DNA from: the human T2T-CHM13v2.0 reference genome, Homo sapiens
Direction: 5' to 3' (one strand)
DNA: 64,000 nucleotides
Assembly (NCBI RefSeq): GCF_009914755.1
Contig: NC_060925.1
Part shown: piece by piece, positions 50,190 to 64,000 of the stretch
Layout of the letters: each line of letters begins with the position of its first letter
How positions within the stretch are numbered: the first letter of the stretch is position 1
Notes under the pieces: model-generated
Seen by the model: only the letters and a program-made list of their open reading frames with translations
What the model was told of the DNA's origin: nothing
Database searches by the model: none
Translations under genes and position numbers: made by a program

Positions 50190-50850
50190 TAGGTAAGTGT
50201 TTTTAAAGGAATTGATATAAATTATTCAGCTGGATCCTAAAACTCAGTTACACAAATTCAGAGTTGAGGTGGGATAGGAAGAGAAGCAAAAGTAATGGTT
50301 CAAAATCGATTTGTGTGAAAGGACTTAGGGTTTTAATTACACTGGGCTCAATATAAATAGAGTGTAATATAACTGCCAGGAAAGCCTATGCGATATTAGA
50401 CTGCATCAGTAGAACAACAGTGTCTAGAACAAATGGAGGAATTATCCTTTTCCATTCTGTAGTGGTCATACTACCTAAGAAGTACTGTGGCCAATTCTGG
50501 ACATTACCTCTGAGAAGCATGTTGATAGGACAGTGATCAAATATGCTAAAGGAACTTCAGACTATGCTGTAAAGAGGAGCATGTGAAAGAATCAAGAAAC
50601 TATAATCTTGAAAAAGAAAGCCTGGGGTAAGGGGGATGTTAGATGTCTTTGGACATTAGAAGAAGGCTTACTTAGACTTGTTCTGGATAGCCACAGAATC
50701 CAGAACTAGTATCAAAAGGTGGAAGTTTTTTTGTTTTTTGTTTTTTAAAAAGGAAGCACATTTCTAGTTAAAACAAGGGGAAACTCTTAATAATTAGGGT
50801 GGTAGAGATACTGGAGGGATCAGGGAGTGAGTACTTCCACCAAACAGGAA
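50190..50850 (+). mobile_element. L3/CR1 LINE relic (RT C-terminal region)
   Basis: Degraded KDLGV...A.ARKA.AILDCISR...YC.QFW motif string (GACTTAGGGTTTTA, AGTACTGTGGCCAATTCTGG). Confidence 0.75.
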
Positions 50851-51779
50851 CATTAGTATATGGATATTTCACTAATAACAATAGCGGGGTCAGTAGGGGT
50901 TGAATTAATTGAGATTCTCTAAACTTAGGGGAAAGTTCTTAACTTTGATTTTATTCATAGCTTACTTTCATAATTAGAATTTTTGGCACCATGCTTGAAA
51001 GAAAAAGTAAACACTTTTTTTTTAAAGTTAGTTTCCTAAAGAAGAAATAAAATTTCTTAGTTGTCATCACACTCTTCATTTGACTTCCCTCCCAAATTGC
51101 TATTGTTTTCTGCTTCTCTCATGTTTTCTTAAATACTCATCAGGGTGACTTTTCTTAAGTTTAGACAGACATTCCACTAGGTCTCTTACCTCATTTGTGG
51201 CAAGGTTTATATTGATGTGTGACTGCTCAGGTAAACCTTTAGTCTGAATGATACAGCTATGACAAAATATAGCCTCAGTTGTAGCAAAATTAAATGTTAC
51301 ACAATGGCTTTAATTGGTGGTACACCTTTGAAGAGTTTGCAGTATGCCCAAGTGCTAAAGCATACCATGTGAGAATCACTGGGTAGCAATGATTTCTGGG
51401 GGTGAAGAATTGAGGAGAATGGAAAATATATTAAGGGATCAGAAAAATATTCTAGAGAGGTGTGTCTGCTCCCCGTTTTCCCCCAACACTGATTTCCCCA
51501 AATTTGGAGACAAACTACTATTATCTCAAAGAACCGCTTTTCCTTTAGAACCACAGGCTCCTTAACTACCCTTTTTCATTAGCCTTACTTTCCTCTTGCA
51601 TTTTATCCCTCCAAATAGAATCTTTTGTGCTTCTCTAGGGAGATTCCCTTTGTGTTGAATTTTATGAGTAGTGTAAATTGTGTGGGTTGCATCATAAAAC
51701 AAAGTGCGAACACACACACAAAGTCTTATTGATGAGCCAAGTTCCTAAGCACTATTAATGAGTTAAAAGTGTTAATTAA

Positions 51780-52090
51780 GGCTGGGCGCAGTGGCTTACA
51801 TCTGTAATCCCAGCACTTTGGGAGGCCAAGGTGGGAGGATAGCTTTAGCTCAGGAGTTTGAGACTAGCCTGGGCAACATAGTGAGACCTCATTTCTACTA
51901 AAATTAAAAAAAATAAAAATTAGCCAGATGTGGTGGCACATGCCTATAGTCTCAGCTACTCAGAGGGGCTGAGGTGGGAGGATTGCTTGAGTCCAGGAGG
52001 TCAAGGCTTCAGTGAGCTGTGATTGTGCCACTGCACTCCAGCCTGGGTGACAGAGTGAGACCCTGTCTCAAAAAAAAAAAAAAAAAAAAA
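51780..52090 (+). mobile_element. AluJ
   Basis: GGCTGGGCGCAGTGGCT...GAGGTCAAGGCTTCAGTGAG, poly-A. Confidence 0.93.
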
Positions 52091-52624
52091 GTTAAGTAGG
52101 CAGTATTTGCTTATATGTATATATTTTGTTGTTTTCTCCAAATGCTTATGCCTCTGAAGAGGATATACATTGATGAGTGAAGATATTAGGGAGGGTAGGG
52201 AGAAAGAATAGAAGTTTTTACATATAAATACAAATAGAAGTATTTAAAAAATTTTTTTTTCTTAGCTTTATCTGATAGCCTGCCTTCTGGAATTGTGAAA
52301 GGCTAACAATGAATTTGACTTTTATTCCTACTTCATTTGAAGTATTCTCTCATTGAAAACACCAGTTTGCACCATCCAGGAGGCCTTCTTATTTCAGTTA
52401 TTATTGGAGTTTAAAATTTGTTTTTAGGTGTGTCGTATTTATTTCTACTTCATATATACATGTAATTATCAAGTTTTTAAAACATATAGAACACTACTAT
52501 TGTTTAAACAGTTTATAAATAAGGTACTTTTATACTTAGAAAAATTGTTTTTGATATGTGCAGGTTACCATGCTAAGGATTTGAACACCTTCAGTACCCT
52601 ATTTGTACTTGCGTCTATGCCTAG

Positions 52625-52876
<252 letters not shown>

Positions 52877-55789
52877 TAAGATGGCATGCATCTATCTTTT
52901 GGCCTAAGTGATTTAATGAAGCTGAAACAAGAGAATTATCTGTAGTATAACATTGCATCTAAATTGTTCGTGTATATTTTGAGTAGTAGAACACATAAAT
53001 TACTGAAACCATTAATACATTTTACTTTTAATATTGTAAAATTAAATTTACTTTGAAACCTTTTGTAGTTTTAAAATTCCTATAGAGATGTAATCTTAAA
53101 ATCTCAGTTTGTGTGCATTAATATACATATTGAAATATATACATATTATATATAATGTCTTTAATAATTATTTTATCTATCATGTGTTTATACATATAAT
53201 ACATCTAATATTTGTTACTGTCTCACCTGTGGATGGATATGATATGGTGGAATAACATGATTGAACCTATTTGCAGTCATTAGGTAAAATCATTTATACT
53301 CATTTATTGTGATCTTTGTTGAATCCCTCCCTTGTTGCAATTTAATAATGACTTGATAAATTTCCATATTGCTTGTCAATAGCAAAAGGCTTTAATTGTA
53401 TAAAAATGCAATTTCTATATTATGTTAACTAGAAGAAGGTATAGTGGACATTTTTATAGTTGTATACTTTTTGATAAACATTTCCCTGTGTTATTTAGAA
53501 TTTGTATTAGAGCCAAATGGAGCCAGGTACTTGACAAACAAGGCAAAGGGAGGTCACAGTATGGTAACTATTGCACAGTATAATGCTTGAAAATTATTAC
53601 AGATTTGTTTACTTTTATCTCTTTAAGGATTTGTAGGTTGAGGGCAATCTTTCTTCCTGATTTTTACTGTGTTACATCCATACTGTTGAAAGATGATCAC
53701 CACAATCCTGCAGGCTTGTCTCCACTTAGCCTTCCTGAAAAAACTGTTATTTTTGTGGAGTACAGTATGCCAAGTCAGTGGAGGACCCAAAGGATTTTAT
53801 GGCAGTAGCTGCAACGCAACATAGCAATGATAGATGTCATAATGTTGGAAAACATAGCATTTCCTGCTTTTTTACGTGCCAAAATTCATCATACTTCTTA
53901 AAATATTCACCTTGATGATCTCTTAACGGTGCCCCTGAATATTGGTAGAGTTTAATAGTATATTTAATTTTCATAAGTAATTTGTGCAGGTTTGCCCTAC
54001 GTGTTCTATAATTTTGAATTCTGTTAGTGTCCACATAAGATCCATCAAAAATTAAATTTAAATCTAATAGCCTTTGGATTTACGAGAGTTGAGATAGCGT
54101 CTTGCTAAAGAATAGAACAAGTTATGGATTGAATGCTTGAAATTACAGTTCAGGTAAGCTTTACAAGAATATTATTTATTCTGCACTAACTGCAGCAAGT
54201 AGAAGCCTTCCACATTAGCATAAGATAACATGGTGGCTCCCAGAAAGCATAGTAGTCTGATCATACTAGTTCAAACTAAAAGTCTGAATGACTTTCTGGC
54301 TGAAATTTATCAGCTTTCAGAGTAGTACATGGGATGCAAGCTATTTTTTCCCTCCCTTCTCCAAAGTCACCATTGAGTGAATAATCTGGGTTACTGGTCT
54401 TGGGGAAAAAAAAAAACCAAAAAACAACCCAGGAAAGATTATGGATTCTTGATTCCATGCAAGTCCTTTGAAATATTTTTCAGCAACTTGAGAGATTTAA
54501 ATAAATGTCAGTCCATTAATTTGATGTTCTTGATTTTATCAGTATAAATACTGAATAAAAGATACCAAAAAATGTTTGTGAAACATTTGAAAGCACCTAA
54601 TATTACTTTGTTCTGTGTTCTGAACTGAATTTTAGATGTTTTATCTATTTTCAGCCGTGATACCTATACATTTTTTTTAATGCAGCTTACTTTATGTTTC
54701 TTTTTCTAAGGAGAGCTATGAGACATGGTTCAAATAAAAAATGAGTAGATTCTAATCCCATAGTTTATAATATTGTATTAGCCTATCATTTAGTAATTAA
54801 CTGCTTATATTTTTTCAGTCATAGAAATGTGTGGCATATAAATAGTATGACCATATAATGTTCTATCAAACTGGGACACTCTTAAGAAGGAAAGGTAGTG
54901 CTAGTAATAATTACATCAGAATACCAGTACTGCTGTCTTGGATAAATGAGAAAGGATGGTCACCCTATATAAGATGTCACCCAGAACTGATCTTTACTCC
55001 AAGAATTCTCATTAACTCTAGCTCCCTAGCACTGTCCTTTACTTTATTTACTTTAATGATTTATTTGTTGAATTTTTTTCTCTTGGCATAAAATGTTTGC
55101 AAGCAGACTCGAACTCTGACTGTTCCTGGGCTAATGTTGGTCTAATTGTCTCCAGATTGTATGTTGGCTGATTTTCTCTCTCCTTTAACTCCACCCAATC
55201 CTTGTCCTGGTATTTCTCCTATCAGACTTTTTTTTTTTTTTTCCAAAGAATATTTTTGGCTGATAGAACAAAGCCAGTTAGCACAGATGTGCAGAAATCA
55301 TTACTAGAGTTCAGATCACAAATATATTTTCAAAAGCAGTTTTGGACTTTTCTCATGGACTACAGTGTTTGTATTTTTCTAAGTATGCAGGCATGATTTT
55401 TAAAATAATGCGTATGTCATAGATTTATAAGAAGAGGTGTTAAGCAGCCTCCTCTTAGAGGCATTCAGATTTATCAAACACAAGACAGATACTTTTTTTC
55501 CTTCTCACTCAATGCTTCATTTTAGGCTGATCCTTTTGTGTTTGCATTCATTACCTGTGCACCAACATGTCTGTTTTATTCCAAACAACTTAAACCTACT
55601 TAACCCTTACAGCCACAAGAGAGGACATTGAGAATATTCCTGGTGCAAGTTGCAGGGAAGAATGTTCTATATATCCTCTGCTATTGTTTCTTTTCTCTCG
55701 TGTGTGGCATAAATAGCTATCTCTAACTTTTAACTTGAAGTTAGCCTTCCACTCTGCCAGAGTTATTTCTGTTAAGGGGCCAGTGCTTT

Positions 55790-56997
55790 CTGCCATCTTA
55801 CTTGCCCTTTCCTCAGCATTTGGCTGTGTGGGTCATTTGCTCCTTGAAAGACTTTCCTTTTGTGTTACTATGGTTTTTTAGTTTCCTTTTTTTATTGGCT
55901 GCTGCTTCACAGTAATCTTTGTGGGCTCTTTTTTTACCCAACTCTCAAGGTTTGGAACTGTAAACTTTTTTTATTTTCTTTCTGCCTAGGTGACTCATCT
56001 AGTTTCATGCACAGTTCATATCTATATGTCCTGATGACTCTCAAATTTATGTTTTCAGTCCAGACTTCTCTTCTGAGTCTCCAGAGTCACATATCCAATA
56101 GTCTCTTTGACATCTCTGTTTTAACATTTCAAACTTAACATGTGCACTGTGGAACTCAGTTCCTCTCCCTGTTTTACTTCCAACCAATTTTCTACAACTG
56201 TGTTTTTTCCTTTCCATTGCTTAAGCCAGAAATCCTGATTCCTGTCTTTCAACAAGTGTTGTTGATACTCTTCCCCAAAATTGTCTTGAATTGGTCCACT
56301 CCTCTCCGTCTCTGCTGCCACAAACCTAGTCCATGCCATCATCAGTTCTTGCCAGGATTGCCATAGCTCTTTCCTAATCAGTGTCTCAGCTTCCCCTTTT
56401 GCCTCCATTGAGTCCATTTTTGGTACCATGGCAAGGTATGAATGTAAATTGAAATATATCACTTCTTTATTTGAAACACTTTTATGACTTCTTATTACAT
56501 TTAGTAATTCCTTATTATGACCTGGTCTTTTATTATGACCTTATTATGATTCCTTTCCAGCCTCATCCTGTTCCCTCTCTACCTCCCCACTTGCTTGCAA
56601 CTCTTCAGCCAGTGGTCTTTTTAAAGTTCTTTGAGCCCACCTTTCCCCCACCTGCCTCTTTTATGCCTAGAATGCTCTTACCCCAGTTTCTATAGAGGCG
56701 GCGTCTTCTCATCATTTAGGCCTTGATGTAACTACCATCTCCTTCTCGGACCATTTTATCTAAAGTATATACTACCATTGCTTTTCCATTTCAACCATTT
56801 GTTTGTTTCTTTCATAGCACTTACTAGAGTTCGGATTATTTTATGCATTTATTTTCTTCTATTTGGTCCATCTTCCCCATTAAGGTCTTTGGGGACAGAA
56901 ACTTTGATTCTCTCATTCCCTACTGGATTCTCAGCACCTAGCACAATACCTGGTGCACAGTTGGTATGCAGCAAGTATTTGTTGAATGAATAAATGA
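55790..56997 (+). mobile_element. L2 (3' portion)
   Basis: Pyrimidine-rich L2 body ending CAGCACCTAGCACAATACCTGG...TATTTGTTGAATGAAT. Confidence 0.82.
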
Positions 56998-57412
56998 AAA
57001 GTGTGAGTCTCACTATGTTCAGTTTTATATGTTTACATGTTTTCTTTTGAGATATTAGCATATCTAGTTTTCTAAATCCAGATCATCCTATATAAAGAAA
57101 TTCAAGAGAGATGCAAGCTTTGTTAGTGAGAGAGATTAAGATTGCAGACTGAAGAGCATAAATAACAGTAATATCCCCATCTCAAATTCTAACTTTCAAC
57201 TCCAGTTTTGCTCCCTACGTCACACCTTGGATATGAATTCACATGATCTACATCAGTGCGATGGCTAGGAAAGTATATATTTTTGAAGCAAATGGAGTAA
57301 CTAGTTAATGTCAGTCACTCTGTTGTTTTATTAGTGATTCACATTCTTCCATGATCCCATAGTTTATATTCGGCTTTTCAACTCTTTCACTTTTCTCCTG
57401 CCAAGCATTTTA

Positions 57413-57430
57413 TGTCTCACCCTATCCTTA

Positions 57431-57468
<38 letters not shown>

Positions 57469-57526
57469 CTACCTGTTTTACAGATACTATCCAGTTTTAT
57501 CATAGAATTGTGTCTCACCCTATCCT

Positions 57527-57566
<40 letters not shown>

Positions 57567-57611
57567 CTACCTGTTTTACAGATACTATCCAATTTTATTA
57601 TCATAGAATTG
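57413..57611 (+). repeat. Two-copy ~100-bp tandem duplication, each copy containing a (CA)n microsatellite
   Basis: TGTCTCACCCTATCCTTAA-(CA)n-CCCTACCTGTTTTACAGATACTATCCA...CATAGAATTG twice. Confidence 0.97.
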
Positions 57612-57942
57612 TGAATGACCCCTAAACTTTAGTCTGGTCACATAATACCACTTGATTTTCGCCTCAATTACCCCGTTACTGTGTTACTACCTCTGTACCA
57701 GCAGCATTGTGCATGTCTTAAGCTCATTGAAGATATGATGAACCATGTGTTATTGTATCGCTTATTCCAAATTAATTGCTCAATAAATGGTGATTAGACA
57801 AATGTGAATTACCATCCTGTCTCTGTAGAAAATCAGAAAATGACATTTCATGTAAAATAAGGTTTTGTATTTTATACTTTATCTTGCAGTATATTCTGTT
57901 TACTATATTTTTGTTTCCATGAAAAGTTAACACTAATGATGA

Positions 57943-58125
<183 letters not shown>

Positions 58126-58889
58126 TGAGTGTTGTAGATTATTGCAGAAACATCTGAGTTGGTTCCCATGTTTAGTTTTGGAACCTAGACAAGTAATTGG
58201 TCAAGTTCACTAAGTGACTGAGAGAATCTCTGAATTATTTGTGGATAACTGTAGGCATATTAGTTGTCCAGTTTCTCCACCAACCTCATGGAGATGGTGA
58301 TGGGTCTATTTTATGTGATAGTTGCTTACTTAAATATGTCTTCTTTAAAAACTACAGAATGAAATTAATATTAAAATTTCATGGTGTTAGGCTTACAGTT
58401 GGTAACATTCATAGCAGAAAGTACCTTTTTCTTCCAATTAGGAAGATAATAATTTGTGGGTATGTGATTCTGGAGATACTTTACCGTTAGTACACACTTC
58501 TTTATCAATTTTTCCCTTGAATTTTTTTTTCCTGTGATTTTGGACCTTACCCTTAAAACCTCAAAAACTACCTCAGGTTTTTTGTGATATGTAGTAATCA
58601 ACTACAGTTAAACATAGTTTAACATCTTCACAGCTGCTGTAAAAAGTAAGCAAAATAAGGGAAGTTATATATGAGCTATGCTTTTATTTCGTGTGTTGAA
58701 AAATTTGAATTTTTTTTTACCCCAGGCAATTGAGTTCATTCTTTTTCTTCTCCCAAAAGAGCATGATTTTCAAGAGGTTTTAATGCATCTATTTGTTGTT
58801 AGGGGTCCTATGACTTGTTAAGTTCTCTACAATGTGTCTCAAATGTTTGTGTTTATATAGCCCAAGAACAGAAATAGGAAATACTTTTT

Positions 58890-59206
58890 ATTTTGTTTTG
58901 TTTTATTTTATTTTATTTTTAGACAGGGTCTTGCTCTGTTGCTCAGGCTGGTGTGCAGTGGCTGGATCATAGCTCACCGCTTCCCCAAACTCCCAGGCTC
59001 AAGTGATCCTCTTGCCTTCGCCTCCTGAGTAGCTGGGACTACAGGCACATGCCACCATGCCCAGTTAATTTTTTAAAAAAATTTTCTGTAGAGACAGGGT
59101 CTCACTGTGTTGCGCAGGCTGATCTCAAACTCCTGGGCTCAAGCAGTCTTCCCACCCCAGCCTCCCAAAGTGCTAGGATTACAGGTGTAAGCCACTGTGC
59201 CTGGCA
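58890..59206 (-). mobile_element. AluJ
   Basis: Full body; TSD AGGAAATACTTTTT at 58876-58889 and 59207-59220. Confidence 0.92.
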
Positions 59207-59498
59207 AGGAAATACTTTTTTTGGTGGAAAAACCTTAGCATCCAGTGTTTATATTTGGGAGGTATTTAGCTGTAGTTTTCTTTGAAGTTTGAATGCATGG
59301 TTGACAGGTTTACCATGTAAAAATGCATGTCTTATTAAAAACAACGTTAAGTGTCAACTTTTTCAAATCAAAAAGCAATATTGAGTCATCAGGCACTTGG
59401 AATGCTCTTTGGAACCTACAAATGATTAGATTCATTTCCACCCACAGGGTGAAACATTCATTTCTATGTTTAATTAATTTCTATGTTTAATTAATTAA

Positions 59499-59798
<300 letters not shown>

Positions 59799-60124
59799 TA
59801 GGTTTTATAGTATTAGTAGTTCCCTGATCAGGCATCGTGCTATTTCTTGCTCTCACCTTCAAATTTGCTTTCAAGCCAGGAGTTCCTATGCATGGATATC
59901 TATATCAAATGTCTTTGTCACAATGGTATAATAAATAATACTGCTTATCTCCTCTTTTCTTAGAGCTTTTCAAAAAGAGAATGTTAAGACCTGGGGCAGT
60001 TTGGAAATGAAGACATCCATTTCTGAACTTAGACATTTACTACTATGGTTTAATGACAGGTCTTACTTAGAATCTGTTAAGTGGGGGTTCCATCTCAATG
60101 TTGTTTGCCACAAAACACCATTAA

Positions 60125-62330
60125 GTCATTCCGTCATTCATCAAATATTTGTTGTTAGAATTTAGACTAGCAACTGGCATCTGCAAGTTCCCAATAATGA
60201 GCCAAGGACTGTTCTTGATCCTGAAATAAAGTAATGGGTATGATAAAGTCCCTACCTTAATGGAGCTTACACTCTAGTGCAGAGCTAAACAATAAGCAAA
60301 TAAATAAATACACAAATACACTGAAAATTAGAGCTAAGTTCTCTAAAGAAACACAAAGCAGCATAGGAGGTTAGAATTTGAATTGAGAAATGAGTGACTA
60401 GACTGAGTGGTCAGGGAAGGCTTCTCTGAAGAAGTTCCACTTTAAGACAACATTGTTAAGGTAATTAATGCTAGCTGTTATAACAGCCCCAAAATCTCAG
60501 TAGCTTAATGGAATAAAATTTTTTCACTTGCACAAAATTTGACTTCACTTTCTAGGATTGCTTTTCTCCAAGCAGGGAGTAAGGGATCCAGGTTCCTTCT
60601 ATTGTGTAGCCCCAACAACTTGAAATTCTTTGCTTCTTGCTTGAGATGTTAGGGAAGAAAGAGTTTGGTGGATTGTGCAAAATGTTTTAAGAATCAGGCC
60701 TGGCTTTTAGCCAATGTTTAGTTGGCTAAAACTCTGTCACTTTGCCCAAACTACTGTTAGAAAGACTGGGATCATGTATCTTTCTGTGTGCTCGAGAAGA
60801 AGACAAGGGTTTGGTGAGAACATTGCTTTTGCCATAGGCAGAAAAGTCACTGAAATAACAATGTAAAGATTTAGGGGAGGCTGGGCGTGGTGGCTCACGC
60901 CTGTAATCCCAGCACTTTGGGAAGCTGAGGCTGGTGGATCACGAGGTCAGGAGATCAAGACCATCCTGGCTAACACAGTGAAACCCCATCTCTACTAAAA
61001 AATACAAAAAGTTAGCCAGGCGTGGTGGCGGGTGCCTGTAGTCCCAGCTACTTGGGAGGCTGAGGCAGGAGAATGGCATGAACTTGGGAGACGGAGCTTG
61101 GAGTGAGCCGAGATCACGCAGTCCAGCCTGGGTGACAAAGCGAGACTCCGTCTAAAAAAGAAAAAAAAAAAGATTTAGGGGAAAATCTGGAGAAAGAGCT
61201 TCCAGACAGAGGGAACAGCAAATGTAAAGACCCTCAGGAAGGAACATGAAGAAGCTGAGTACGACTGGAATGCAGGGGCTGAGGGGAGAGTGGTAGATGA
61301 GATTGGAGAGGCAGCAGATGTAGGCTCATAGCAAACTTCATAGGCTTTGATGAGAACTTTGGGTTTCATCATGGGTTTGAGGGGATGCCATTGAAAGGTT
61401 TGAGTAGGGGAGTGACTTGATATGATTTATATTTTAAAAAATTAGTAGTTGCTACATAAAGTGGACCATGGTGGGGAGTATGACTGGAAGTAGGGAGACA
61501 AGAAGCCATTTTAGTGGGCTAGGTGAGAGAAATTGTTGTGGTCCATACTGGTGTGGTAGTCGTGAAGGTGGCAGAAAGTACCTGGATGCCAAATATATTT
61601 TGAAAGTAAAGCTGATGGAAATTGTTGATATAATGATAAATCCTATGCTTAGGTACTGGATGATTGGTGATACCATTTACTGAGACCAGTACTGGGGAAG
61701 GAGCAGTTAGAGGTGGAAGTCAAGAATTTTAAGTATGTTAAGTTTGTTATGGCTATTAGGCATTCAAGTGGAGAAGTCAAGTGGACAATCAAATATCTGG
61801 GTCTGGAGTTTAGGAGAGAGGTTGAAACTGGAAGTTTAATTTGTGGTGCTACTAGCTAGAGAGAAATAAAGAGGAAAGAAAACAGAGTGAGGTACCAAGT
61901 TCTGGGCCATCTCCAACATTACAGGTTGAAAGAGAAAGAGGAACCAGTACTTGAAAAGGAAGAAGAGTAGCTGGCCAGTAAAATAGGAGAAATTGTAGGG
62001 ATAGTGGTGTCCCAAAATTCAAGCAAAGAAAGTTTTTAAAGAAGGGGATGTAACAGTTAATTACAGGGGCTAAGAGAGCTAAGAGATGCTGATTCAGATA
62101 AAGAGTGAGAAATTACTTTTGGAATTGACCATCAGAACTTGTTAGTGACCTTCGTGAAAGTTCTTTCATTGGAGTGGTGATGGCAAAAGCCAACTGAAGT
62201 GGATTCAGGGAAGTAATAATAGAGGGGGAAGTGAAGAAAATTATTTCAGGGTGATCCCTATACATGGGAATAGAGAAATGGAGTAGCTACAGGAGTCAAG
62301 AAAGAGTTTTATTTTTGGATGGGAAATATT
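60125..62330 (-). mobile_element. L2 interrupted by an MLT-like LTR (about 60455-60835) and an Alu
   Basis: CATTCATCAAATATTT L2 terminus, GGTCAGGGAAGGCTTCTCTGA; L2 resumes after the Alu. Confidence 0.65.
60879..61168 (+). mobile_element. AluY-like
   Basis: CCTGGCTAACAC and GAGAATGGC; TSD AAAGATTTAGGGGA at 60865-60878 and 61169-61182. Confidence 0.92.
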
Positions 62331-63530
62331 TCACCAGGTTTACATGTTTACATGCTAATGGAAACATCTTAAACTATTTAATTATTTCCTGACTAATTGG
62401 AAGCAGTATGTGTTATGTTCTAAAGTACATTAAAAGGATAACAAGAAACATGGGTTTTTAACCATTATGGAACTGTTTTCATACATAAAATGAGGGCTAG
62501 TCTAGGTGAGCTCAAACTCTGACATTCTGAAATTCTGTAATTATCTACTGTGTGCTTCTCTTGGCCTCTCCAACTTTTTTCACCTACTATAGTAGGCAAC
62601 TTTATTGGTTGTTAATACTAATAGAGGCTGCAGACAGTCATTAACAATGTCACATGTACCCCAAAGTCCCAAAGCTGCTTATTGGCATTGGTATGTGGAG
62701 CCTAGTACTTCAAAAATTCATGTCTGCCAAAGCCTACACGTCAGCTGCTACCATGGTCAGAGGAAAAATGGACCCTCTCTCCCTTCTGCTTTCCACATCT
62801 GAAGCAAGTGCATCTTATTGGCAGAATCTAAATTATATCCAGAGCTCTGGTGGCAAAATAGTTTGAGCGATATAGGTTTCAGGCTTCCATCCTTTGCTAC
62901 ACAGAGGAAGAGCACAGGAGTCAGGAATAGATCATTGCCAGTAGGTAATCCCACACAGCTAGTATAATTAACTTAATGAAAAATTAGATTAAAATTCTTG
63001 CCCTAAATGCTTTTTTTTTGGCCTTATCATTAGATGGAACTTGTCATGTTTTTCTTTCCTAGTCATTAAATGAATAGAGCATTTACTGTGGAAGGGGTGC
63101 TTGGTATTCTTTAATCTTAAAGGAATTCCAATGCAAGAAAAAGAATTTTGTTTTAATTTTACTGTCTTTGTTCATTTGGAGATGTGTAGTTTAAAGTCTT
63201 ATTTCATTCTGTGCTATTTTGGGTACACTTCTTTCTGTAGGGAGCTTAGATATGCTCAGAAATGTGAGAATCTTAGCTACTATAGAAGGGAATGATGGGG
63301 AAGAATCTGTATTTGTCAGTAGTATTTGTCAGTAGTAAAGAAGTTCCTGGTTAGAGGAAGGAGAAGAATTATTCTGCTTTTATGCTGTTGTCAATGCCAA
63401 AGCATATCAAGATTTTAAAAAAATTCTGTTTCTTGGTGTAAAGAGCCTGTAACTGCTCTCCTTTTTCTTTTCTCATTTCAACCTTTTTTTCTTCCGGTTA
63501 CCTCTTTCAGTTGCTAAGAGTATCCCAAAC

Positions 63531-63674
63531 TCTTATAAAATATTCTGTAATTTTAGTGAACTGACATTTCTTTGAAATATCTGTTGTATTTAAGCATTAT
63601 GTCTTATAAAATATTCTGTAATTTTAGTGAACTGATTTCTTTGAAATATCTGTTGTATCTAAGCATTATGTCTT
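63531..63674 (+). repeat. Two-copy ~70-bp tandem duplication
   Basis: TCTTATAAAATATTCTGTAATTTTAGTGAACTGA...AAGCATTATG twice, differing by a 2-bp indel and one substitution. Confidence 0.96.
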
Positions 63675-63744
63675 TGATTTGACTTGTCCTGTTTCATAGT
63701 TCTACCCTCTTCCTAGACTTTGAGTTTTTAGAGAAGGTAAAGGG

Positions 63745-64000
63745 GAAAATTAATGAAATATCTTTCAAAATGAAGGCAAAATAAGGACATTTTCACATAG
63801 AGAAAACCAAGGGAATTTGTCTCCAGAAGACCTGTGCTATAAGAAATGCTAAAGATATTTTTTAAAAGACTTGGGTAAATGATACCAGATAGAACCCCAG
63901 ATTAGCAGGAAGGAAGAGCATCAGAATGGGCAAATATTTGGGTAAAAAGAACAGGACTTTTTAAAAAGAAACTATATTTATCTTATGTGTGTGTATTTAA
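63745..64000 (+). mobile_element. Old L1M ORF1 3' region relic
   Basis: AAATATCTTTCAAAATGAAGGCAAAATAAGGACATTTTCA...AAGAAATGCTAAAG. Confidence 0.7.

Overview
Human genomic DNA from the interior of ATF6 (ATF6-alpha, the ER-stress bZIP transcription factor), + strand. Six GT-AG exons join into one continuous frame of about aa 230-511 (exons 7-12 by recalled numbering): 8352-8572, 25927-26112 (bZIP), 27364-27455 (transmembrane helix and S2P motif), 52744-52875 (S1P site RHLL), 58011-58124 and 59513-59612. The other ~98% is intron, dense with Alu (including an AluYa5, which indicates human origin), L1, L2, L3, MIR, LTR and DNA-transposon relics. No prokaryotic system, CRISPR array or recognisable RNA gene is present. 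Most unusual observations: (1) a triplicated AT-rich segment forming a ~147-bp-arm inverted repeat with nested hairpins in intron 7 (10.5-11.6 kb); (2) a perfect 22-bp hairpin between two inverted Alus; (3) a TSD-flanked L1PA with a ~3.6-kb internal deletion whose junction is a 12-bp fold-back, and an extended open ORF0; (4) latent in-frame acceptors and read-through/polyadenylation options that would alter ATF6 membrane tethering; (5) a UPRE-like motif in ATF6's own intron. Repeat subfamily names, exon numbers and residue numbers come from recognition by eye and need RepeatMasker/BLAT confirmation. All functional proposals are hypotheses.
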